In this document: positions 45,491-54,614 of the stretch, in pieces | How the letters are laid out: each line of letters opens with the position of its first letter | Numbering within the stretch: position 1 is the stretch's first letter | Source of the DNA: Candidatus Omnitrophota bacterium | GTDB taxonomy: Bacteria; Omnitrophota; Gorgyraeia; Zapsychrales; JAHFFX01 | Length of the DNA: 64,000 nt | Direction of reading: 5' to 3' | Assembly: GCA_023247725.1 (NCBI GenBank) | Contig: JAHFFW010000012.1 | Coordinates: 1,833 to 65,832 of the forward strand | Notes under the pieces: model-generated | Databases searched by the model: none | Told to the model about the DNA's origin: nothing | Seen by the model: only the letters and a program-made list of their open reading frames with translations | Made by a program: the position numbers and the translations under genes

Positions 45491-48400
45491 ATGCCCGCGG
45501 AATCCCACAATTCCCTGTTCCAATTCCCCGAAATAAAAGTCGTCGAGGCCTCGGCCGGTTCTGGAAAGACCTTTTCTCTGGCGAAACGCTATCTACAACT
45601 TTTGTTTCATCCCACCTTGCGCGAGAGCGAGATCCCTTGGCGCCAGATCCTCGCCATCACCTTCACCAACCGCGCCGCCCAGGAAATGAAGAAAAGGATC
45701 CTGGACTTTTTAAAAAGAATCGCCCTGCGCCAATTGCCGGAGGATGAGCGCCAGGACATCCTAGTTCCTTTAGGTCAGGACCTGGATTTTTTGACGTCTC
45801 AGGCCGCGTCGCTGATGGACCAGATCATCCGGCATTACCATTTTTTTCAGGTGCAGACAATCGATAGTTTCATCAACGCGATCCTTTCTGGCTGTTCATT
45901 CAAAATTTATCTCTCGGCGAATTTCCGCATCGAAACGCAGGAAGAAGAATACCTTCAGGGTGCCTTGGATCGATTGATCGACCGCGCGCAACAAGAGCCG
46001 GGCGTGCGCGGGTTATTCGAAGAATTTCTTTTCCAATATCTTTTTCACGAAAACCGCACCAGCTGGTTTCCTAAAAAAGAAATGCTGGCGTTATTGAGTT
46101 CGCTTTTTAAGGAAGGCAATTGTTTTGGCAAGGACTTCCAGGATTTTCCGGTGAGCCCCAAAGATCGGGAAGAAATGCGCAAGAACGTCCGCAACATCGT
46201 GACGGACTTGGAATCCCATCTCCCAACGGAGACGGATTCGCGATTCCGCCATGCCTTGGAAATCTTCCGAAAAAAAAACCAGCTCTTTTTCCCCATCGAC
46301 AAACTCTCGGATTTTTTTAACCGCGACGAATTTCCTCTGCGCAAAGGGTATCCGCCTTCGCCCCATCGTCTGCCTTTTTGCCGACAAGCAAATGGGGCTA
46401 CGCCGGATTTTGCCGCAAATTTTTCCAAAACGGATGACCCCGGCGAAGCCAAAGGCAAGAGCACTTTGGCGAAGACGGGGCATTTTCCCGACGCCGCGTT
46501 AGAACAACGCTGGCAGACGCTGCGACGGCAATTGCGGGAACTCTGCGAGGCCGAGGCCTTCGGCCTCTTCAACTGTTACGCGGACGTCTTTCGGCTCGCG
46601 AAGGCCGAGTTGGAAGGACTCGCGCGCCAAGACGACGTTGTGTTTTTAAGCGAACTCAACCGTCAGGCACAAACCCTTTTCGACCGGGAACAATTGAGCG
46701 TGCAGGAATTGTATTACCGTCTGGCGAGCCCTTTTCACCATTTTTTGGTGGACGAATTTCAGGACACCTCGGCCTTGCAATGGCGCAACCTCACCGCCAT
46801 GATTGAAGAAGCGCTCTCGACGGGAGGATCGCTTTTTTACGTGGGAGACAAAAAGCAGGCCATTTATGGTTTCCGCGGAGGGGAGGCGCTTCTATTCGAT
46901 GATATCAAAAAACGGTTCGCGGCCTTTCCAGTTTCGACCCAGATCCTCAGGCAAAATTGGCGCAGTGAGAAAGCCGTCGTGGAATTCAACAATGCGGTTT
47001 TTTCGCGAAGAAACTTAACGCGATTTTTGACCCAACACGCCCGCCGCGAGGATAAACCCAACGCAAGCGCATTAAGTTTTACCGAAGCCGATACCCATGA
47101 GATCCTGGCGGTCTTCCGTGATTCGGCGCAAGTTCATTTGGACTCAAAATCTGGCGGGTTTGTGCACAGCGAACACCTGAGCGCCAAGAATAACGAAGAA
47201 CTCTACTCGCAGGTCTGTGAGAAATTGTTGGCCCTCATCCCGCGGCTGCAAGAACGTTTTCCCTTAAACGAAATCGCGATCCTTGCCCGCGACAATACGG
47301 ATGTGGAATTGATCACTAACTGGCTCTTGCAGGGCAGAATCCTCGTCGATTCGGAACGAACCTCGAATATCCGCGAAAATTTTCTCATCAAGGAGATCGT
47401 GAGTCTCTTGCACTTTCTCGATTCGCCGATTGATAACTTAAATTTCGCCTCATTTCTCATCGGGGACATCTTTCTATCCGCTAGCCAGATTCCGGCACAA
47501 GAACTCCACGCGTTCATCTTTCATTTCCATCAACGAACCAAGGAAATGGAAGACCAATATCTTTATAAGGCCTTTCGCGAAATCTATCCGCAGGTGTGGG
47601 AAGAATTTTTTGAGGAATTTTTCAAAAACGTCGGGATGTATCCGTTGTATGAACTGGTGGTCACCATTTTGCATCGGTTTGATCCTTTGGGGAAATTTCC
47701 ATCGCACCAGGGATTTTTGCTCCGGCTGCTTCAGATCATCAAGGAACGCGAAGAGGAGTCGGCGGATCTGTCGTCGTTCCTCGAATACTTTTCCACCGCC
47801 GCCGCCGAGGATTTTTATGTCCCGAGTTCGCAAATGCAGGCGATCCGGGTCTTGACCATCCACAAGGCCAAGGGATTGGAATTCGGTGTCGTCATCATTC
47901 CTTTTTTGGTCATGGACATCAAGGTCGGAACCCGCGCCGTCCGGGGCCAGCGCTCGTTCGTGGTCGAAAATCTCCCGGACCATCTTCAGCTCGTTCAAGT
48001 CAAAAAACGCTACGCGCAATTTTCTCCGCTCTTGGCAAAGATTTATCAACGGGAATACAAAAAATCATTCTTGGCCGAACTCAATAATCTTTATGTGGCG
48101 CTTACCCGGGCGAAAAAAGAGATGTATTTGTTGATCCCCTCCAAATGCGGGAACAGTCACAACCCGGTGAAGCTTTTGATTCCACAAGCTGTCATGGAAG
48201 AAGGAAAAGAGATCATCTATGAACAGGCCCCGGTGTCCCAAACCGATTCGTTGCTTTTGCCGAGTCCTCGTTACCGGGATTGGATTGAACTTCTGCGCGA
48301 TGAATTTGTCGAGGGCGATACCATCCGCCGGCGCCAGGAAATTCACAACGGCGAGGTCGTGCATTTCATTTTGTCGTTTATCGGGAATCTTCATGACCAA

Positions 48401-48856
48401 GACTTATCCGCCCGTCTGCAGGCCGCCCGCGAAGCCCTGGCGTATCAATTTCCTTTTTTATCCGACGAGAAATGGTTCATGGAGCAGGCCGAATCCCTCG
48501 TTCAACATCCATCCCTGCGGCAGTTTTTTGTCATTGCCGATGGTACAGTTTACCAGGAAAAGGATTTCGTTGACCGATCGGGGCAAACTAAACGAATGGA
48601 CCGTTTGATTGTGAAATCGAAGGAAGTCTGGGTCGTGGATTACAAACAATCAAGGTCCAAGGGTTACTTAACTCAACTGCGGGAATACATGCACATTGTG
48701 TCCGAACTGTACCGCGGTTATCGAGTGAGGGGTTTTTTGATTTTTTTGAACGAAATGACGGCAGAAGAAGTCCAGTTGTCGCCCGACTTTGAATGGAATC
48801 CAGAAGCAGCGGCCAGCGCGGTTTCTTCCCCCCAAGAAAACGGAGAGAGGTTATGA
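45491..48856 (+). CDS. addA: AddA-like UvrD helicase + C-terminal PD-(D/E)XK nuclease, with a 44-aa repeat-derived insert
   Basis: ASAGSGKT, AITFTNRAA, VDEFQDT, GDKKQAIYGFRG, NWRS, TIHKAKGLEF, YVALTRA, RMDRL..VVDYK. Confidence 0.9.
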   Translation: MPAESHNSLFQFPEIKVVEASAGSGKTFSLAKRYLQLLFHPTLRESEIPWRQILAITFTNRAAQEMKKRILDFLKRIALRQLPEDERQDILVPLGQDLDFLTSQAASLMDQIIRHYHFFQVQTIDSFINAILSGCSFKIYLSANFRIETQEEEYLQGALDRLIDRAQQEPGVRGLFEEFLFQYLFHENRTSWFPKKEMLALLSSLFKEGNCFGKDFQDFPVSPKDREEMRKNVRNIVTDLESHLPTETDSRFRHALEIFRKKNQLFFPIDKLSDFFNRDEFPLRKGYPPSPHRLPFCRQANGATPDFAANFSKTDDPGEAKGKSTLAKTGHFPDAALEQRWQTLRRQLRELCEAEAFGLFNCYADVFRLAKAELEGLARQDDVVFLSELNRQAQTLFDREQLSVQELYYRLASPFHHFLVDEFQDTSALQWRNLTAMIEEALSTGGSLFYVGDKKQAIYGFRGGEALLFDDIKKRFAAFPVSTQILRQNWRSEKAVVEFNNAVFSRRNLTRFLTQHARREDKPNASALSFTEADTHEILAVFRDSAQVHLDSKSGGFVHSEHLSAKNNEELYSQVCEKLLALIPRLQERFPLNEIAILARDNTDVELITNWLLQGRILVDSERTSNIRENFLIKEIVSLLHFLDSPIDNLNFASFLIGDIFLSASQIPAQELHAFIFHFHQRTKEMEDQYLYKAFREIYPQVWEEFFEEFFKNVGMYPLYELVVTILHRFDPLGKFPSHQGFLLRLLQIIKEREEESADLSSFLEYFSTAAAEDFYVPSSQMQAIRVLTIHKAKGLEFGVVIIPFLVMDIKVGTRAVRGQRSFVVENLPDHLQLVQVKKRYAQFSPLLAKIYQREYKKSFLAELNNLYVALTRAKKEMYLLIPSKCGNSHNPVKLLIPQAVMEEGKEIIYEQAPVSQTDSLLLPSPRYRDWIELLRDEFVEGDTIRRRQEIHNGEVVHFILSFIGNLHDQDLSARLQAAREALAYQFPFLSDEKWFMEQAESLVQHPSLRQFFVIADGTVYQEKDFVDRSGQTKRMDRLIVKSKEVWVVDYKQSRSKGYLTQLREYMHIVSELYRGYRVRGFLIFLNEMTAEEVQLSPDFEWNPEAAASAVSSPQENGERL
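46349..46480. repeat. REPIN-like element inserted in-frame in addA (132 bp)
   Basis: tatccgccttcgcccc...ggggctacgccggat...cggatgaccccggcgaagccaaaggcaagagcactttggcgaagacgggg; homologous to 50866-51189. Confidence 0.85.
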
Positions 48857-49203
48857 AAAGAAAATGGATAATGATCATGCTGTTTTTCATCATGATCGTC
48901 GGTACACTGGAGGCGGCGGAAAAAACCGTGGCCGAACAAGTCAACCGCGTCACGCCGCTCAATGAGGTGACCGATCATCTGGCCACGCTAGGGCAATCCG
49001 AACGGCAAAAGAGCGCCACGATTTCGCAGCGCAAGGAAGCCCGGCGGGTGGCGCGGTTAAGAAATCTTCTCAAAGCTCGAGAGAAAAAACGCCGCAAGCA
49101 ATTGCAAACGGTCCTCGAAGACGCTAAAAAATTCAACGACAAAGATGACCAAACAACCCCAGTCTCAAAAGGTCTCCAATCTCTACACCCTCACTCAGGT
49201 TGA
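48853..49203 (+). CDS. Exported basic coiled-coil hypothetical protein
   Basis: RBS gagagg, signal peptide; overlaps the addA stop. Confidence 0.65.
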   Translation: MKRKWIMIMLFFIMIVGTLEAAEKTVAEQVNRVTPLNEVTDHLATLGQSERQKSATISQRKEARRVARLRNLLKAREKKRRKQLQTVLEDAKKFNDKDDQTTPVSKGLQSLHPHSG

Positions 49204-50011
49204 CTTGCAGGACACTGATCCCGCGCTCGAGACGTTTCCGGAAGAACAATGCGTCATGATCAAACAGAGCCCGGATCTGGTGGATCTTTTGGTTTTTGCG
49301 ATCTTTGAATTCAAAAAGAACAACAACATCAAGAAAATCAAGATGTCCTATACCGAGTGGATCGAACAGGTCAAGGAGGGAGGCTACGAATATCTTATTT
49401 ACAATCCGCATCATCGCGAGGTTTTTCGGGTGAGCACGGTCTTTAACGCCATGACCGAATACGCCGTGTATCTGGCCATGAATCACCACAAGGGGCAGAT
49501 CATCCGTTTGAACGGCCGTCCGTATCTCGAGCATCTGTTGGAGGCGGCCAATATATTAAGGAAGGTGCATCTGGATTTTTATTTGAAAGACGAAATCATT
49601 GCTGCGAGTTTGTGCCAGGATCTTTTGGACCAAACGACCTGCAAACCCAATGAGATCGAACAGGCCTGCGGACCCGATGCGCTCAATCTCGTCGAGACGG
49701 TGTCCGATGATTCCGAAGCCCTGCAGGGAGAGGCATGGGAAGAACGCAAACGCCAGCATCTGCAGACCCTCAAGGAAAGCGATGTGGAGGCGATCGTCAT
49801 CACCGTCGCGGAAAGGATTGCCCTCATTCACACCTGGATTGATCAATACAGGCTCGAAGGCCCGGCCGTCTGGCAAAAATTGAATCATGGCAAGGATCGG
49901 GAGTTGTGGTTCAAGAAAGAAATCCTCAAGCTCGCCAAACGGCGCTGGCGCCATCCCTTGGTCTTCGAATTGGAAAAGCTCATCAAGAAGCTGGAACAGA
50001 CCGTGGATTGA
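49145..50011 (+). CDS. MESH1/small alarmone hydrolase-like HD protein with degenerate catalytic residues and an extra N-terminal domain
   Basis: HHKGQ...PYLEHL...ASLCQDLLDQT...VETVSDD...WEERK...VAERI. Confidence 0.75.
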   Translation: MTKQPQSQKVSNLYTLTQVDLQDTDPALETFPEEQCVMIKQSPDLVDLLVFAIFEFKKNNNIKKIKMSYTEWIEQVKEGGYEYLIYNPHHREVFRVSTVFNAMTEYAVYLAMNHHKGQIIRLNGRPYLEHLLEAANILRKVHLDFYLKDEIIAASLCQDLLDQTTCKPNEIEQACGPDALNLVETVSDDSEALQGEAWEERKRQHLQTLKESDVEAIVITVAERIALIHTWIDQYRLEGPAVWQKLNHGKDRELWFKKEILKLAKRRWRHPLVFELEKLIKKLEQTVD

Positions 50012-50070
50012 TAAAATCGGGGGGTCGGGGAGTTTTGTGGCCACGGTTTTGAACACGAGCGACGAAATCA

Positions 50071-53000
50071 ATGGGCCAAATCATCACCTACAATTTGCAA
50101 GAAGATTTTATCAGCCGGTTCGTGTCGCATTTGCAGAACCAGCAGACGGCCGGATCGCCCGACTACAGTCGCATGGCGGTTGTCTTTGGCGGCAAACGTC
50201 CGGCGCTCTTCGTGAAAAAAGAGCTGGCTCGTCGGATAAAATCCGCTTTTGTGCCGCCGGCCTTTTTTACGATCGATGAGTTTGTGGATTTTGTTCTTTT
50301 TAAAAAGGAACGCTTCAAACGGCTGCCGGATCTGGAGGCCGGGTATCTTCTGTTTCAGCAAGCGAAGGCCGATTGCCCGCAGATTTTGAAAGGCCGCGAG
50401 ACCTTCGCGGAGTTCCTGCCCTGGGCCCGGGAAATCCTGGCCTTCGTTGAAAATCTGGATTTGGAACATATTCCGAATGAGGCCTTGCGCCGCGTGGAGC
50501 AGAATGCCGCGATTGGCTATGATGTGCCGGCTGACATCAATCTTTTGTTGGAATCGATTAGCCTTTTGCGCGCATCCTTTCATCAGAAAATGGAAGAAGG
50601 AAAAAGCTACAGCCGCGGCTTTGCCTATCTACGCGTAAGCGAACGAGTCAAGGATATTCCCCTCGAGGAATTCGATCAGATCTTTTTTGCCAATCTGTTT
50701 TCTCTGCATCAAACTGAAAGCCAGCTTTTGCGGGTGTTGTTTGATCGCGGGCAGGCGACGATGATTTTTCAAGGCCACGAGGATGATTGGCCCATCCTCA
50801 AAGAAAATGCCAAGACCTTTCATCACCCCATCAAACCCGTCGAGCTTAAAGCCTCGAAGGATTTTCATCCGTCTTCGCCCGAGGCCCCGGGTTCTCCCTC
50901 GGGAGGAAGGCGAAATGAGGTCTCGGGCTACGCCGGATTCCGCCCCGAACAGGTTGGGAAGACGGATGAACCCGGCGAAGCCAAAGGCGAAAGCACTTCG
51001 GCGAAGTCGGATGAACCCGGCGAAGCCAAAGGCGAAAGCATCCGGCTTCGCTCCAAATCTTTCGATGGGGGGCTTCGCCGGATGCCCTGCGAAGCTTCAC
51101 GCGAAAGCAATGAAGCGAAGAAGGGCACTTTGGCGAAGTCGGATGAACCCGGCGAAGCCAAAGGCGAAAGCACTTTGGCGAAGTCGGGTCATACCAAGGT
51201 AACACAGGTTCTGCCCGTCGGGCTCCATCTGGAATTATTTTCCGGCTTTGACACCCATTCTCAGGTGGGTTTGGTGCGCGAGATCGTGAAAAAGCTCCGC
51301 GCCCAAGGCAAGGACCTGAATAAGACCGTAATCGTCGTGCCGCAGGCCGATCATGTGATTCCCTTATTGTCTGAGGTCACGGCCTTGACCGATGACTTCA
51401 ACATTTCCCTCGGGTATCCTTTGAAGCGCAGTTCTTTTTATACCCTCTTGCACTTCATCTTTCGGGCGCAAATCAGCCGCAAGGCCGAGCGTTATTACGC
51501 CAAGGATTATTTGAAAGCCTTGCGTCACCCGTTTGTTAAAAATTTACGCATCAATGCCAGTCCCACCGTCACCCGGATTTTGATTCACAAGATTGAAGAA
51601 ATTCTGACCGGAGCCGTCCAGACCCCCTTGGGAGGACAATTGTTTATCGGGATAAAAGAGTTAAGCGATTTGGAGGAGTTATATGAGAGGGTGGTGGATT
51701 TGACCGACAAGATGGGCATTGCGGTCAAAAAGGCCGCGGTTCGCGGGATCCTGGCTCTTGTCCATGAAAAACTGTTCCTCGCGTGGGAGCCGATTGCGAA
51801 TTTCCGGGATTTTGCTGACGCCTTGCAAGGCTTTTTGGATTTATTGATCGACAAAAGCATCATGGCAGGCTACCCCTTAAATTTGAAAATGGCCCAACAG
51901 CTGCTGGTGTTGGTTGAGGAGATTCGCCAGGTCAGTTTTCACGCCGAGCCTTTTTCAGCGCAGGAGATGTTTAAGATTTTTGCGAACCGCCTCGAGCGCG
52001 GGGTCGTGTCCTTTTTAGGATCGCCCGTAAAGGGAATGCAAATCCTGGGCCTCTTGGAAACCCGTTCCTTGAATTTTGAAAATGTGATTGTGATGGATTT
52101 GAACGAAAAGATTCTGCCCAATCTGCGCGTATATGATCCGCTGATCCCGCGGGAGGTTTCGGTCTCCTTGGGATTAAGCCGGCTTGAGCACGACGAGGAA
52201 ATCCAACGGTATCAGTTGTTTCGACTCCTTTCGGCAGCGCAGAATGCGTATCTGGTTTTTGAAGAATCCAAGGAAAAAGAAAAAAGCCGTTTTGTCGAGG
52301 AGCTTCTCTGGGAACGGCAGAAAAAAACCGGCCGGCTTGATGGCCTGCCCATCGTTAAGGCTGGTGTCGAAGCCAAACTCACGCCGAAGCAAACGGTCAT
52401 TCAAAAAACTCCCGAGGTTTTGGAGTTCTTGGGGAATTTCCGTTATTCGGCCTCGAGCCTCAATACGTATTTGCGCTGTCCGCTGCAATTTTATTTCAGG
52501 CATGTGCTGGGCCTCGAAGAGAAAGAAGACCTTTTGGGAGAACCGGAAAATCGTCAGGTGGGCACCTTCATCCATGAGCTTTTAGAAACCACCTTCCGCA
52601 AATTCATCGGAACCAAACCTGTCTTTAACGCGCAGTTCCGGAAATATTTTGAGGCGGCCTTTGCGGACCGTTTTGAGGAAACCTTTGAACGCTCTATGAA
52701 ATCTGACGCATTTCTCCTTAAGGCCGTCATGCAATACCGGCTCAAGGCCTTTCTGGATAAGGAAGAGGAAGCGGAATATACCCGCTCGGTCGAGGAAGTG
52801 TTGACGATTGAACAGCGGTATGAAGAAGTTCTGCCTTTGACCGTGGGCCCCGTGCGTTTGGTTTACAAGGTGGACCGCGTGGACCGGTTGGCCAACGGAA
52901 CGATCATGCTCGTTGATTACAAGACCGGCAGCGAGGACCCGATGCCGAAAGGCGGCGGGGCCTTTAAAGTGGAACAATTGACCCGCGAGTCGCTCAGAGG

Positions 53001-53280
53001 AACCTTACGATCGTTTCAGATGCCGTTGTATTTCGATTTTTTGAGCCGCCATTATCCCGGCGAGAAATTGAACGCCATGTTTTATAATCTGCGGGATCTG
53101 GAAACCAAACAGTTCCTCGAATTGGAAAATGCGGATATGGTCAAGGACATGAACGCCGAATTCCGCCGGGCGCTGGAATTCATCCTGGGAGAGATTCTGG
53201 ACCCCCAGGTTCCTTTCAAGGCGGATGACCGGGATCAGAACCTTTGCGACGCCTGCCCCTTCTATAACGCGTGTCGTTAG
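50071..53280 (+). CDS. addB: AddB-like PD-(D/E)XK nuclease with Fe-S staple cysteines and a 108-aa repeat-derived insert
   Basis: QILGLLETRSL, SASSLNTYLRCPLQFY, KVDRVD..LVDYKTG, CDACPFYNAC. Confidence 0.88.
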   Translation: MGQIITYNLQEDFISRFVSHLQNQQTAGSPDYSRMAVVFGGKRPALFVKKELARRIKSAFVPPAFFTIDEFVDFVLFKKERFKRLPDLEAGYLLFQQAKADCPQILKGRETFAEFLPWAREILAFVENLDLEHIPNEALRRVEQNAAIGYDVPADINLLLESISLLRASFHQKMEEGKSYSRGFAYLRVSERVKDIPLEEFDQIFFANLFSLHQTESQLLRVLFDRGQATMIFQGHEDDWPILKENAKTFHHPIKPVELKASKDFHPSSPEAPGSPSGGRRNEVSGYAGFRPEQVGKTDEPGEAKGESTSAKSDEPGEAKGESIRLRSKSFDGGLRRMPCEASRESNEAKKGTLAKSDEPGEAKGESTLAKSGHTKVTQVLPVGLHLELFSGFDTHSQVGLVREIVKKLRAQGKDLNKTVIVVPQADHVIPLLSEVTALTDDFNISLGYPLKRSSFYTLLHFIFRAQISRKAERYYAKDYLKALRHPFVKNLRINASPTVTRILIHKIEEILTGAVQTPLGGQLFIGIKELSDLEELYERVVDLTDKMGIAVKKAAVRGILALVHEKLFLAWEPIANFRDFADALQGFLDLLIDKSIMAGYPLNLKMAQQLLVLVEEIRQVSFHAEPFSAQEMFKIFANRLERGVVSFLGSPVKGMQILGLLETRSLNFENVIVMDLNEKILPNLRVYDPLIPREVSVSLGLSRLEHDEEIQRYQLFRLLSAAQNAYLVFEESKEKEKSRFVEELLWERQKKTGRLDGLPIVKAGVEAKLTPKQTVIQKTPEVLEFLGNFRYSASSLNTYLRCPLQFYFRHVLGLEEKEDLLGEPENRQVGTFIHELLETTFRKFIGTKPVFNAQFRKYFEAAFADRFEETFERSMKSDAFLLKAVMQYRLKAFLDKEEEAEYTRSVEEVLTIEQRYEEVLPLTVGPVRLVYKVDRVDRLANGTIMLVDYKTGSEDPMPKGGGAFKVEQLTRESLRGTLRSFQMPLYFDFLSRHYPGEKLNAMFYNLRDLETKQFLELENADMVKDMNAEFRRALEFILGEILDPQVPFKADDRDQNLCDACPFYNACR
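50866..51189. repeat. Composite REPIN-like element inserted in-frame in addB (324 bp)
   Basis: Three 45-bp units (cggatg at 50963, 51008, 51140) plus an 87-bp nested element at 51039-51125. Confidence 0.9.
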
Positions 53281-53297
53281 CTCCGCAGCATTTCTTC

Positions 53298-53339
53298 CAT
53301 GAAATAAGAAATTGACATTTTCATTTTTCATGGTAAATT
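53298..53339 (+). promoter_or_regulatory. Promoter with an inverted repeat around -35; probably a leaderless transcript
   Basis: ttgaca 53312, tg-taaatt 53331-53339, ATG at 53346; catgaaataagaaa / ttttcatttttcatg. Confidence 0.55.
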
Positions 53340-53345
53340 CTAACC

Positions 53346-54503
53346 ATGATAAAGCGGATCAAGTATATAAAGCAAATTGAAGTGGCGCTCGGGCGGAGTC
53401 GGGCCGTGGCCTTGCTCGGACCTCGTCAGTGCGGTAAAACTACACTGGCGCGGCAACTGGTGGATATTAATTCTCCTAACTATTTGGATCTTGAGGACCC
53501 CGTCAGCCTTAGAAGATTGTCTAACCCTAAGACGGCGCTTGCCTCTTTAAAGGGAATTGTCATTATCGATGAAGTCCAGCGTTGTCCGGATCTTTTTCCA
53601 ATTCTGCGTGTTCTATCGGATCGTCATCCGTTGCCTGCTAAATTTTTAATCTTGGGTAGCGCATCCCCTGAACTTTTAAAACAATCCTCCGAGTCTCTGG
53701 CCGGCCGGTTGGAATTGATTCAGATGGGCGGTTTTAATCTGTCCGAAGTTGGGCAAAAAGAAGCGACGCGTCTTTGGGTGCGAGGCGGGTTTCCATTGGC
53801 ATTTCTGGCCAAGAATGATGCGGATAGTTTTTCATGGAGAAACAGTTTCATTAAAACATTTCTTGAACGAGATCTTCGCCGGCAAGGGATTGACATTCAG
53901 GCGGCGGCATTGCATCGGTTCTGGACTATGCTCGCCCATAGCCATGGACAGATATGGAATGCTGCTCCATTCGCAGCTTCTTTGGGGATAAGCCAGCCGA
54001 CGGTGCGGCGTTATCTGGATATACTGACAGGTTTGTTTATGGTTCGCCAGATCCAGCCTTGGTACGTAAATATCAAGAAACGCCAGGTGAAGGCGCCGAA
54101 GGTTTATATCCGCGACACGGGGGTGCTTCACTCGTTGCTGGGATTAAGGACTGAGTCAGAAATCCTACGACATCCCAGTTGCGGAGTATCGTGGGAAGGG
54201 TATGCGATCGAAGAAGTGATCCACGCGGTCGAACCGGATGATATTTATTATTGGGCCACCCATCAGGGCGCGGAGATCGACCTGGTGTTCTTTAAGGGGG
54301 GGCGAATGTATGGCGTTGAGGTCAAGCGCGCGGATGCTCCGACCATGACGCCGGCGATGCGTATTGCATTGGAAGATCTTAAGCTGAGGCATATTACAGT
54401 TATTTATCCCGGCGAAAAGCGTTACTCACTTCATAAGAAGATTGATGCCGTTCCGTTCGAAACGATTATGGGCGGAGAAAAAAGATTATTGGATAACGAT
54501 TAA
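53346..54503 (+). CDS. AAA_14 ATPase with DUF4143 domain
   Basis: GPRQCGKTT, IDEVQ, LGSAS..ESLAGR, RGGFP, PKVYIRDTG, EIDL..VEVK. Confidence 0.93.
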   Translation: MIKRIKYIKQIEVALGRSRAVALLGPRQCGKTTLARQLVDINSPNYLDLEDPVSLRRLSNPKTALASLKGIVIIDEVQRCPDLFPILRVLSDRHPLPAKFLILGSASPELLKQSSESLAGRLELIQMGGFNLSEVGQKEATRLWVRGGFPLAFLAKNDADSFSWRNSFIKTFLERDLRRQGIDIQAAALHRFWTMLAHSHGQIWNAAPFAASLGISQPTVRRYLDILTGLFMVRQIQPWYVNIKKRQVKAPKVYIRDTGVLHSLLGLRTESEILRHPSCGVSWEGYAIEEVIHAVEPDDIYYWATHQGAEIDLVFFKGGRMYGVEVKRADAPTMTPAMRIALEDLKLRHITVIYPGEKRYSLHKKIDAVPFETIMGGEKRLLDND

Positions 54504-54614
54504 TCTTTATCTGCGCGATTGCGCCCAATCCCATCGCAAGATTGAATGGATCGCTCACGAGAAGATTGGTTCGGCTCGACGGATTTAAAGGTTAAAACAC
54601 TGCCTTTATCCCGC

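Noticed and set aside
46349-46480. Intein or self-splicing intron in addA/addB
   Set aside because: No Cys/Ser start or His-Asn end, too short, and no group I/II core motifs are visible.
50961-51189. CRISPR array (three near-identical repeats)
   Set aside because: The units are contiguous 45-mers without unique spacers, lie inside a CDS, and no cas genes are present.
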